From contig JAQTQJ010000001.1 of the NCBI GenBank assembly GCA_028712255.1, forward strand, positions 76,366-140,365: a stretch of 64,000 bases of DNA, given 5' to 3'. The position numbers and the translations under genes were made by a program. The notes under the pieces are model-generated. The model saw nothing but the letters and a program-made list of their open reading frames with translations. It was not told where the DNA came from and ran no database searches. Origin of the DNA: Candidatus Omnitrophota bacterium. GTDB lineage: Bacteria > Omnitrophota > Gorgyraeia > Gygaellales > Profunditerraquicolaceae. This document shows, piece after piece, positions 20,759-30,972 of the stretch (the stretch's first letter is position 1; every line of letters begins with the position of its first letter).

Positions 20759-21523
20759 GTGAGGTATAAGATACGACTAGATATCTTTGAAGGCCCCCTA
20801 GATCTTTTATTATACCTAGTGAAAAAGGATCACCTTAATATTTATGATATTCCTATTGCCAAAGTCACTCAACAGTACCTGGAATATATTAATTTTATGC
20901 AGCTTTTGGATTTAAATATCGTCGGTGAGTTTTTAGTGATGGCGTCAACTCTTATGCAGATAAAATCTAAGATGCTGCTACCGGTTGAAGAGACAGCTTC
21001 TTTAGAGGCCGAAGAAGATCCTCGCGCGGAATTGGTCAAACGGCTTCTTGAATACGAACAGTTTAAACAGGTTGCCGAAAACCTAAGGCAAAGAGAATTG
21101 AACCAGCAAGAAGTTTTCAAGAGGCCCAAAACAGAAATACCCGCAGAAAGCAAGGTAGAAGGCAAGCAAGAGGTTTATTTTGAAGCAAGCATATTTGATT
21201 TGATCAATGCTTTTTCCCGGGCATTGAAGGATGTGCCCAGGGAAGTTTTTTATGAAGTTGTCAAGGATCAGTTTACGGTTGAACAGAAGGTGCATGATAT
21301 TCTGCACTTGTTGTTGCTCCAGTCAGAGATTAAGCTTTCGGAACTTTTTGCCAAAACAGGCGCCAAGATGGAGATAATCGTAGTATTTTTAGCAATTTTG
21401 GAGTTGGCAAAAATGAAAGAGATTATTGCTCGTCAAGATGCGCAATTTGAAGAGATAATTATATTAAGAAATAAAGAAAACATTACTCCTTATGAACGAA
21501 GAAACCAGGCGCGCCCTGCTTAA
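20759..21523 (+). CDS. scpA: Segregation and condensation protein A
   Basis: GTG start; N-terminal LDIFEGPLDLLLYLV motif. Confidence 0.85.
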   Translation: MRYKIRLDIFEGPLDLLLYLVKKDHLNIYDIPIAKVTQQYLEYINFMQLLDLNIVGEFLVMASTLMQIKSKMLLPVEETASLEAEEDPRAELVKRLLEYEQFKQVAENLRQRELNQQEVFKRPKTEIPAESKVEGKQEVYFEASIFDLINAFSRALKDVPREVFYEVVKDQFTVEQKVHDILHLLLLQSEIKLSELFAKTGAKMEIIVVFLAILELAKMKEIIARQDAQFEEIIILRNKENITPYERRNQARPA

Positions 21524-22544
21524 GGCTAATCCCATCGTTACAGATATTAAGGAATCCGAAGAGGATGTAGTTTTAAATATATCCTTAAGGCCAAAAAAGT
21601 TTAGTGAGTTCGTCGGCCACAAGGATATTGTAGATAATTTAAAGATCGCAATACAGGCAGCCAAACAGCGTAAAGAGCCGCTTGAGCATGTGCTTTTAAG
21701 CGGCCCTCCGGGGTTAGGTAAAACTTCTTTATCACATATCATTTCGCATGAGATGGGCGCAAAGATTACCGCAACCAGCGGCCCGGCTATTGAACGCGCA
21801 GGAGATTTAATTGGTATTTTGACTAACCTGGAAGTTGGGGATATTCTTTTTATCGATGAGATACACCGGATGTCTAAGGTGGTTGAGGAGTTTTTATATC
21901 CGGCAATGGAAAGTTTTCAGATTGATTTTATAATTGATAAAGGGCCGTATGCCAAGACTATTAAGTTTAATCTCAAACCCTTTACTCTAATTGGAGCAAC
22001 GACTCGTACAGGGCTTCTGGCTGCTCCGCTTCGCGGAAGGTTTGGTATATTTTATAATCTTGATTTTTACAGAATAGAGGATTTGGCTAAAATTATAAAA
22101 AATTCAAGCCAGTTATTGACGGTACAAATCGATGAAGATGCTTGTTTTGAAATCGCCAAACGTTCAAGAGGGACTCCTCGTATTGCTAATCGGCTCTTGC
22201 GAAGAGTCAGGGATTACGCGCAGGTTTTAAAAATCGAAAAAGTTGATCAAGTTTCAACTTCTAACATTCTCAATGAGCTAGGGATCGATCAGGCAGGTTT
22301 TGACGAATTGGACCGTAAAGTTTTAAAATTAATTCTTGAATCATTCGGTGGAGGCCCGGTAGGAATTGAATCATTAGCTGCAAGCCTCAATGAGGAGGTA
22401 GATACTATTGCCGATACGGTTGAGCCCTACCTTCTAAAAGCCGGTTATTTAAAACGCACGTCCCGTGGTAGATTAGCTACAAAAAAAGCCTTTGAACATT
22501 TTGGTTTAAAATTTAGTATAGAACAACAGGAGGAGATTTTCTAA
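21492..22544 (+). CDS. ruvB: Holliday junction branch migration ATPase RuvB
   Basis: AAA+ Walker A GPPGLGKTSL, sensor motifs and a C-terminal winged helix. Confidence 0.95.
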   Translation: MNEETRRALLKANPIVTDIKESEEDVVLNISLRPKKFSEFVGHKDIVDNLKIAIQAAKQRKEPLEHVLLSGPPGLGKTSLSHIISHEMGAKITATSGPAIERAGDLIGILTNLEVGDILFIDEIHRMSKVVEEFLYPAMESFQIDFIIDKGPYAKTIKFNLKPFTLIGATTRTGLLAAPLRGRFGIFYNLDFYRIEDLAKIIKNSSQLLTVQIDEDACFEIAKRSRGTPRIANRLLRRVRDYAQVLKIEKVDQVSTSNILNELGIDQAGFDELDRKVLKLILESFGGGPVGIESLAASLNEEVDTIADTVEPYLLKAGYLKRTSRGRLATKKAFEHFGLKFSIEQQEEIF

Positions 22545-22555
22545 CTGTTTAGAAT

Positions 22556-23098
22556 ATGGATATCTTACTGCATATCTGTTGTGGGCCGTGCTTAATTTAC
22601 CCTTTTGGCAGATTAAAAGAAGAGGGGTTTAACATAAAAGGATTTTATTACAATCCTAATATTTATCCATCGGGAGAATATAGCAAGCGTAAAGGGGCTT
22701 TAGAAGTTTTGAGTAGAGATTTAGAGTTTGATGTGGAAAGTCCCCAGTATGATGATTCTGAATTTTTTCAGGCAATTAATGCCAATGAAAATACACCAGA
22801 GCGTTGTATAAACTGTTGGTCACTTCGCCTGCGCAGGACGGCAAAGCATGCCAAAGAGAATAATTTGTTCCTCTTTAGCACAACTTTGTTAGTTAGTCCT
22901 TACCAAGATCATACGATGCTCAAGGAATTAGGGGAAAAAATCGCAAAAGAAACGGGCGTAGATTTTTTTTATGAGGATTTTCGGCCTGGTTTCCGGCAAG
23001 CGTATAAAGAAGCAAGACAGAAGGGCCTTTATCTGCAGAAATATTGCGGTTGTAACTATTCAATAAAACCAAAGGTCAATGGATTAAATGAAAAATAA
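22556..23098 (+). CDS. queH: Epoxyqueuosine reductase QueH (DUF208)
   Basis: HICCGPC N-terminal motif and CINC...CGCNYS cysteine motifs. Confidence 0.85.
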   Translation: MDILLHICCGPCLIYPFGRLKEEGFNIKGFYYNPNIYPSGEYSKRKGALEVLSRDLEFDVESPQYDDSEFFQAINANENTPERCINCWSLRLRRTAKHAKENNLFLFSTTLLVSPYQDHTMLKELGEKIAKETGVDFFYEDFRPGFRQAYKEARQKGLYLQKYCGCNYSIKPKVNGLNEK

Positions 23099-24263
23099 AA
23101 TAATTTTATTATCACTTTGTTTATTATTTAGTTTTAATTTGGTATCAGCGGAAGAATCTTTGGTTTCGACTAAGAGTGCTTTGGTCCGGGGCGTCTGGGT
23201 CTCCGTATTTTCTTCTAAAAAGGTACTTTATTCAAAAGAAGGGGTAAATAACCTGATTGCTCAGTGCAAGAAAGCCAAGATAAATGAAATTTATTTGCAA
23301 ATATTCCAGTCTGGGAATGCTTATTATGATTCTAAGATTTGCGATAAGACAAAATATGAACAGATGGTTAAAGCCGCTGGGCTGGATACTTTAGATTTAT
23401 TACTTAGGGAGGCTCAGGAAAATAATATCAATGTTTTTGCTTGGGTAAATGTTTTAAGCTTGGGTAATAATGATAAAGCCGACATTTTGAACAAATACGG
23501 CAGTTCTGTTTTAACCCGCGATCAGTATCAAAGGCCTTCTAAGACCGTATCCAATATGGATTTGGATAAATATTATTTAAAAGAAAATATGATATTTTTA
23601 GAGCCTGGTGATCCCAGGGTCCAGAAGTATGTTCTAACGATTGTTAACGAGATTGTTAACCGTTATCCGTTAATCAGTGGTATACATTTGGATTATCTAC
23701 GTTACCCTTCGCCGGTGCCATTTGCTCCGGGTTCAAGATTTAACAAGTTTGGGATAACTTATGGTTATGGAGTAAAAAATGTAGAGCGATTCCGCGAGAA
23801 AACCGGGCTAAACTGTCTGGATACTTTAAATAATGAGGATGAATATTTAGCTTGGGATAACTGGAAGCGAGCGCAGGTAACGGAATTAGTGTGTAAAATT
23901 TCAAGTTTAGTTAAAGTTAAATCTGCTAGCTTAACGGTTTCTTGTGCAGTCATTTCGTTAGCTGAACGTGCATATGCCAATGCATTCCAGGACTGGTCGG
24001 CCTGGCTGGAAGAGGGGTTTATCGATTATGCGGTATTGATGGCTTACACCAAAGATAATCAGTTTGCCAAAGAAATAGTAAAGTCTAGCCTTGGCCACCG
24101 TGGTAAAGGAAAGATCTATGTTGGTATAGGCGCATTTTTAATGAAAAATAATCCGGATTTATTTTTTAATCAATACCGTTTGATTAGCGAGCTTTCCCCC
24201 GACGGTATTGTCATTTTTTCCATTGATGATCTAACTGATCAAATAATCGGTTATTTGAATTAA
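23088..24263 (+). CDS. Glycoside hydrolase-like family 10 (GHL10/DUF187-type) secreted TIM-barrel protein
   Basis: Signal peptide; VWVSVF...EIYLQIF...GIHLDYLRYP pattern typical of GHL10/YngK-like proteins. Confidence 0.6.
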   Translation: MKNKIILLSLCLLFSFNLVSAEESLVSTKSALVRGVWVSVFSSKKVLYSKEGVNNLIAQCKKAKINEIYLQIFQSGNAYYDSKICDKTKYEQMVKAAGLDTLDLLLREAQENNINVFAWVNVLSLGNNDKADILNKYGSSVLTRDQYQRPSKTVSNMDLDKYYLKENMIFLEPGDPRVQKYVLTIVNEIVNRYPLISGIHLDYLRYPSPVPFAPGSRFNKFGITYGYGVKNVERFREKTGLNCLDTLNNEDEYLAWDNWKRAQVTELVCKISSLVKVKSASLTVSCAVISLAERAYANAFQDWSAWLEEGFIDYAVLMAYTKDNQFAKEIVKSSLGHRGKGKIYVGIGAFLMKNNPDLFFNQYRLISELSPDGIVIFSIDDLTDQIIGYLN

Positions 24264-24265
24264 AT

Positions 24266-24323
24266 AATGGGGACGGTTCTGTTTTTCTAGAATTGTACTC
24301 GGGAAAACAGAACCGTCCCCATT
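24266..24323. terminator. 58-bp hairpin with a perfect 20-bp stem (AATGGGGACGGTTCTGTTTT ... AAAACAGAACCGTCCCCATT) and an 18-nt loop; palindrome family 1
   Basis: Direct sequence inspection; lies between the GHL10 gene and queA. Confidence 0.7.
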
Positions 24324-24348
24324 GATTTTGATACCTAATTAACTAATT

Positions 24349-25341
24349 ATGTTAAAACTTTCTGAATTTGATTATCCGCTTCCCAAGGAATTAATTGCTC
24401 AGTATCCTTTAAAGGATAGAGATCAGGCAAGGCTTTTGATTGTAAATCGGACCAGTGGCCAGATTAAGCATGGTGTTTTTAAGGACATACTGCAATTTTT
24501 TAAAAAGAATGATTTGCTGGTTCTTAATGACACAAAAGTTTTGCATTGCCGCTTAATGGGTAAAAAAATAACCGGAGGCAAGGTTGAGATTTTACTTACC
24601 CGCCGTATGAATGGCACAACTTTTTCCTGTTTGATTCAGCCCAGCCGAACTAAAATTGGCGAAAATATTATTTTTGCTCAAGGTAAAATCAAAGGCACGA
24701 TATGCGCACGAGGACAGATTAGTTTTAAACAATCGGATGCGGATACAATTTATAATTTTGGAATTGTACCTTTGCCGCCTTATATAAAACGAGAGCCGGA
24801 AGATTTGGATACAATTTACTATCAGACGGTTTATGCCAAAAATGAAGGTGCGCTTGCTTCTCCTACAGCAGGCTTGCATTTTAGTCAGGATTCACTAGAA
24901 AGTATTGCCTCGAGCGGAGTTAATCTTGGTTTTATTACGTTACATGTGGGATTGGGCACATTTCGGCCGGTTAAATGCGAAGAAATAATTGAACATAAAA
25001 TGGAGCCGGAATATTTTTTTGTTCCTGATAAAACCGTGGAATTGCTCAATAAAACGAAAGCCAATAAAGGGCGCATCATCGCTGTCGGCACAACCGCACT
25101 TCGTGCGCTGGAAACTTATGCTGATGGTTTTTGCCAAGGTAATACTGATTTGTTTATTTATCCAGGTTATAAATTCAAACTAGTAGGTTGTCTTTTAACT
25201 AACTTTCATCTTCCCAAGACTACTCTTTTGATGTTAGTTTGTGCTTTCGCCGGTCAAGATCTCATGTTGAAAGCTTATCGGGAGGCGGTGGATAAGAAAT
25301 ACAGGTTTTATAGTTATGGAGATGCAATGTTGATTATTTGA
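24349..25341 (+). CDS. queA: S-adenosylmethionine:tRNA ribosyltransferase-isomerase
   Basis: QueA family, full length, 330 aa. Confidence 0.95.
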   Translation: MLKLSEFDYPLPKELIAQYPLKDRDQARLLIVNRTSGQIKHGVFKDILQFFKKNDLLVLNDTKVLHCRLMGKKITGGKVEILLTRRMNGTTFSCLIQPSRTKIGENIIFAQGKIKGTICARGQISFKQSDADTIYNFGIVPLPPYIKREPEDLDTIYYQTVYAKNEGALASPTAGLHFSQDSLESIASSGVNLGFITLHVGLGTFRPVKCEEIIEHKMEPEYFFVPDKTVELLNKTKANKGRIIAVGTTALRALETYADGFCQGNTDLFIYPGYKFKLVGCLLTNFHLPKTTLLMLVCAFAGQDLMLKAYREAVDKKYRFYSYGDAMLII

Positions 25342-25349
25342 TATCTGTC

Positions 25350-27280
<1,931 letters not shown>

Positions 27281-27369
27281 AAGATTGCTTCGTCGCTTTC
27301 GCTCCTCGCAATGACACGGTTACTTTTAATATCTGAACTGTTACAAAGTATCAGAAAGGAGCAACAGTA

Positions 27370-27732
27370 ATGGATATAAAATCAATCGAGGCAGGATTTG
27401 CCAAAAAAGAGATGCCCGCTATTAATGTCGGAGATACGGTAAAGGTGCTTACCAGGATCCCGGAAGGCCCGGATAAATTCCGGCTTCACCCTTTTGAGGG
27501 GGTTATAATCGCCAAAAGCGGATCGGGTGCTAAACTAAATTTCACGGTAAGAAAAGTTTCATTTGGGGAAGGGATCGAACGTGTTTTTCCGCTTTATTCT
27601 CCGGTTATCGAGCGTATTGAACTTATACGTTCCGGTAAAGTAAAGAGATCCAAGCTTTATTATTTAAGAAATAAAATTGGAAAGCATGCTACTAAGATAG
27701 AAGGCAAAGAAGAAGAGAAAAAAGCCAGTTAG
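27370..27732 (+). CDS. rplS: 50S ribosomal protein L19
   Basis: L19 family; lies downstream of trmD. Confidence 0.95.
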   Translation: MDIKSIEAGFAKKEMPAINVGDTVKVLTRIPEGPDKFRLHPFEGVIIAKSGSGAKLNFTVRKVSFGEGIERVFPLYSPVIERIELIRSGKVKRSKLYYLRNKIGKHATKIEGKEEEKKAS

Positions 27733-28346
27733 TGAAACGATACGAAAGAGAACTAAAACGTAAAGGTTTTGATTTAGTTATCGGAGTAGATGAGGCTGGG
27801 CGTGGCCCTCTAGCCGGACCGGTAGTGGCTGCGGCAGTGTTACTAAGAAATTTTTGTTTTACTAACCGTATTGATGATTCTAAAAAGTTGACTTGTATAA
27901 GAAGAAAAGAAGCTTTTATTGAGATCAAGAAAAAATCTCAATACGCTATTGCAGCAGTCGGACATAAACAGGTTGACCGGATTAATATTTTGCAGGCTAC
28001 GATCTTAGCCATGCAGAAGGCAATTTGTAAATTAATAAAACAGCTTGAGCCTTGCGAATTAAAGCGTGTATTTGTGCTTATTGATGGAAACATGCGCTTT
28101 AATTTAGATTTTCCTTATCAAAGTATTGTAGGTGGTGATGGTAAATCTTTGAGTATAGCCTGTGCCTCAATACTGGCAAAAGTCCGGCGTGACCAGATTA
28201 TGGATGCTTACCATAAAATTTATCCGCAATACGGTTTTATTCAACATAAAGGTTATCCGACACAGATGCATCGTGATATCTTAAATAAAATTGGGCCTAG
28301 CGTTATTCACAGAAAGAGCTTCTTAAGGTGCCTAAAAACACAATAG
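27732..28346 (+). CDS. rnhB: Ribonuclease HII
   Basis: GVDEAGRGPLAGPVV motif. Confidence 0.95.
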   Translation: MKRYERELKRKGFDLVIGVDEAGRGPLAGPVVAAAVLLRNFCFTNRIDDSKKLTCIRRKEAFIEIKKKSQYAIAAVGHKQVDRINILQATILAMQKAICKLIKQLEPCELKRVFVLIDGNMRFNLDFPYQSIVGGDGKSLSIACASILAKVRRDQIMDAYHKIYPQYGFIQHKGYPTQMHRDILNKIGPSVIHRKSFLRCLKTQ

Positions 28347-28708
28347 AATTTGGTAAACAAGCAGAAAAAGCAGCAGCGGATTTTTTAAAGGCCAATGGAT
28401 ATAAGATTCTACAATGCAATTATAGAAATAAATTTGGTGAGATTGATATAATTGCACAAGATAAAGCTACTATTTGTTTTGTGGAGGTTAAGGCCAGGCA
28501 TTCCCTTAATTTAGGGGCTCCGGAAGAAGCGGTTTTTGCCAGAAAACAAAGGCAAATTTGTAAAGTTGCCGTTGGTTATTTAAAAACCAATAATCTTCTT
28601 GAGCGCTTGAGCCGTTTTGATGTACTTACACTTTTGTATACGGATGATTTACCAAAGATATCGTTGATTAAGGATGCTTTTGAACTGAACGCAAGTTTTA
28701 CACTTTAA
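28328..28708 (+). CDS. yraN: YraN-family (UPF0102) endonuclease
   Basis: GEIDIIAQDK...FVEVKAR motif. Confidence 0.85.
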   Translation: MPKNTIEFGKQAEKAAADFLKANGYKILQCNYRNKFGEIDIIAQDKATICFVEVKARHSLNLGAPEEAVFARKQRQICKVAVGYLKTNNLLERLSRFDVLTLLYTDDLPKISLIKDAFELNASFTL

Positions 28709-28711
28709 ACC

Positions 28712-29275
28712 ATGGAATATAAAAATCAGAGTTTGATTAAATACTTATCCGATTTATCCGCTAAGCTTGAAGCACCCGGCGGTGGATCTGCGGCAGCTTT
28801 GAATGCGGCTATGGGTGTAAGCCTTATGAGTATGGTAATTCATTTTACTTTAGGTAAGGCCAGGTATTCTAAATACGAAGCAGAGCTTAAAGCTGCCTTA
28901 GTAAAATTCGATAAATTAAAAAATGATTTCTTAAGTTTAGTGGATTTAGATATTCTGGCATACAAGAGTAAAGATCCCCGTAAAGCTATGGATGTACCGT
29001 TAATGCTGGCTAGGCTTTGTTATGAGGGGATAAAGATACTTGAGCCTTTGATTAAAAAAACAAATGTAAATTTAGCCAGCGATATGGCAATTGCTGCGAT
29101 ATTTTTAGAGTCGGCATTTAGTGCTGCCTGTTTTAATATTGATATTAATTTAAAGATACTCAATGACATGAAGTTAGTTTACGCAGTAAATAAAGAATTG
29201 CAGTTAAAAGCTAAAATGGTCAAGCGGATCAGGACAAAGATGGAGGAGAGGGTTGGCAAAATTATTAGAGGGTAA
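28712..29275 (+). CDS. Cyclodeaminase/cyclohydrolase-family protein (FTCD C-terminal fold; methenyl-THF cyclohydrolase FchA-like)
   Basis: PGGGSAAAL motif and a ~185-aa all-helical protein. Confidence 0.7.
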   Translation: MEYKNQSLIKYLSDLSAKLEAPGGGSAAALNAAMGVSLMSMVIHFTLGKARYSKYEAELKAALVKFDKLKNDFLSLVDLDILAYKSKDPRKAMDVPLMLARLCYEGIKILEPLIKKTNVNLASDMAIAAIFLESAFSAACFNIDINLKILNDMKLVYAVNKELQLKAKMVKRIRTKMEERVGKIIRG

Positions 29276-30095
29276 ATTTGTAGCTGAAAAAATAAAGGAA
29301 GAGTTAAGCCTTTATATACGGACTCTGAAGCAGCCTCCGGTTCTAGCCAGTATTTTAGTGGGGAATAACCCGGCGGCGCTTACTTATGTAAAATCCCAGG
29401 AGAAAGTTGCTCAAAGCCTGGGAGTAGTTTATAAATTACATCAACTGGCTGATAATATCTCGGAGGGTGAATTAATCGATTTTATCCTAAAGCTTAATGC
29501 AGAAAAAAATGTTAATGGTATCGTTGTGCAAATGCCTCTTCCGCAGAATATAAGCTATAAGAAAATATGCGATTTTATTTCACCGAATAAAGATATTGAG
29601 GGAATACATCCTTTAAACATAGGTAAGCTGCTTTTTGGCTGTGCAAGAATTACTGTTTGCACACCAGCTGCTGTAATGGAATTGCTAAAATCTACTGGGA
29701 TAGATTTGTATGGTAAGGAGGCGTTAGTTGTCGGCCATAGCGAGATCGTGGGTAAACCACTTGTATTACTTTTATTGGAAAAGTTTGCTACAGTTACAGT
29801 CTGTCATATCGCAACTAGTAAGGCGGGAAAATTAGAGGAGCATGTACGCAGGGCAGAAATTTTGATTGTGGCTGTTGGCCAACCCGGATTGATCAAGGGG
29901 GAGTGGATTAAAAAAGGAGCTATTGTTGTGGATGTAGGTATAAACCGTATAGGTGATAAGATTGTGGGTGATGTAGATTTTGAAGCAGCAGAAAAAAATG
30001 CCAGTTTCATAACTCCTGTTCCCGGAGGAGTGGGGCCGCTGACTGTAGCTATCCTTATGCGCAATTTGGTCGAGGCAACCAAACTTCAGCAGTAA
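29253..30095 (+). CDS. folD: Bifunctional methylene-THF dehydrogenase / methenyl-THF cyclohydrolase
   Basis: FolD family; GxSxxVGxP motif and a C-terminal PVPGGVGP. Confidence 0.95.
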   Translation: MAKLLEGKFVAEKIKEELSLYIRTLKQPPVLASILVGNNPAALTYVKSQEKVAQSLGVVYKLHQLADNISEGELIDFILKLNAEKNVNGIVVQMPLPQNISYKKICDFISPNKDIEGIHPLNIGKLLFGCARITVCTPAAVMELLKSTGIDLYGKEALVVGHSEIVGKPLVLLLLEKFATVTVCHIATSKAGKLEEHVRRAEILIVAVGQPGLIKGEWIKKGAIVVDVGINRIGDKIVGDVDFEAAEKNASFITPVPGGVGPLTVAILMRNLVEATKLQQ

Positions 30096-30102
30096 ATAAG
30101 CG

Positions 30103-30972
30103 ATGACATTTAAAGAAAAGATACAGGCGGGAAAGTTTTTAATTACTTCAGAGGTTGGCCCGGATAAGGGGATAGAGACTCAAGAGCTGCTGGAGGATGC
30201 TGAGCTTATCCGTAATAAAGTAGACGCGATTAATGTTACGGATCTACAGAGCTCAGTAATGCGCCTGGGGTCATTAGCGGCAAGTTTTCTGCTGAAGAGA
30301 GAAGGCTTTGAGCCGATTTACCAGCTAACTTGCCGTGACCGTAATCGTCTTGCCCTGCAGTCAGATTTGCTTTCTGCAGCCGCGTTAGGAATTGAAAATG
30401 TTTTGATTACAACTGGAGATCATCCTGCTCTTGGCGATCATCCGCAGGCAAAGCCGGTTTTTGATTTAGATTCTGTGCAATTGTTACAGGTGGCGAGAAA
30501 ATTAGAAACTGGCCAGGACATGAATGGTAATAAGTTAAAAGGAAGGTTGCCAAAATTTTGTTTGGGTGCCGCAGTTAATCCGGGCGCAGATCCTTTGGCC
30601 CCACAGATTATGAAGATGGAAAAGAAAATTGAGGCAGGAGCTGAATTTTTCCAAACACAGGCTGTTTTTGACCTAAAAACTTTTGAGGATTTTATTACTA
30701 AAGTAAAACATATTAAAATCCCGATTATAGCAGGTATTGTTTTGCTAAAATCAGCAGCTATGGCTAATTATATGAATAAAAACGTAGCCGGAATCTTGGT
30801 ACCGGATAATTTGATTAAAGAAATGGATAAAAGTACAGATAAGGTATCGACATCAATTGAGATTGCAAGCCGCTCGATTAAGGCATTAAAGCCAATGTGT
30901 CGCGGGATTCATATTATGTCAATTGGTTGGGGGAAAATGGTCCCTCAAGTTTTAGAGGCAAGTGGATTATAA
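30103..30972 (+). CDS. metF: 5,10-methylenetetrahydrofolate reductase
   Basis: MTHFR family; TCRDRN and TGDHP motifs. Confidence 0.9.
   Translation: MTFKEKIQAGKFLITSEVGPDKGIETQELLEDAELIRNKVDAINVTDLQSSVMRLGSLAASFLLKREGFEPIYQLTCRDRNRLALQSDLLSAAALGIENVLITTGDHPALGDHPQAKPVFDLDSVQLLQVARKLETGQDMNGNKLKGRLPKFCLGAAVNPGADPLAPQIMKMEKKIEAGAEFFQTQAVFDLKTFEDFITKVKHIKIPIIAGIVLLKSAAMANYMNKNVAGILVPDNLIKEMDKSTDKVSTSIEIASRSIKALKPMCRGIHIMSIGWGKMVPQVLEASGL

Noticed and set aside
30897-30971. Upstream extension of the acsB ORF (track start 30897)
   Set aside because: It overlaps the metF C-terminus. The ATG at 30972 overlaps the metF stop in the usual coupled arrangement, and homology begins there.
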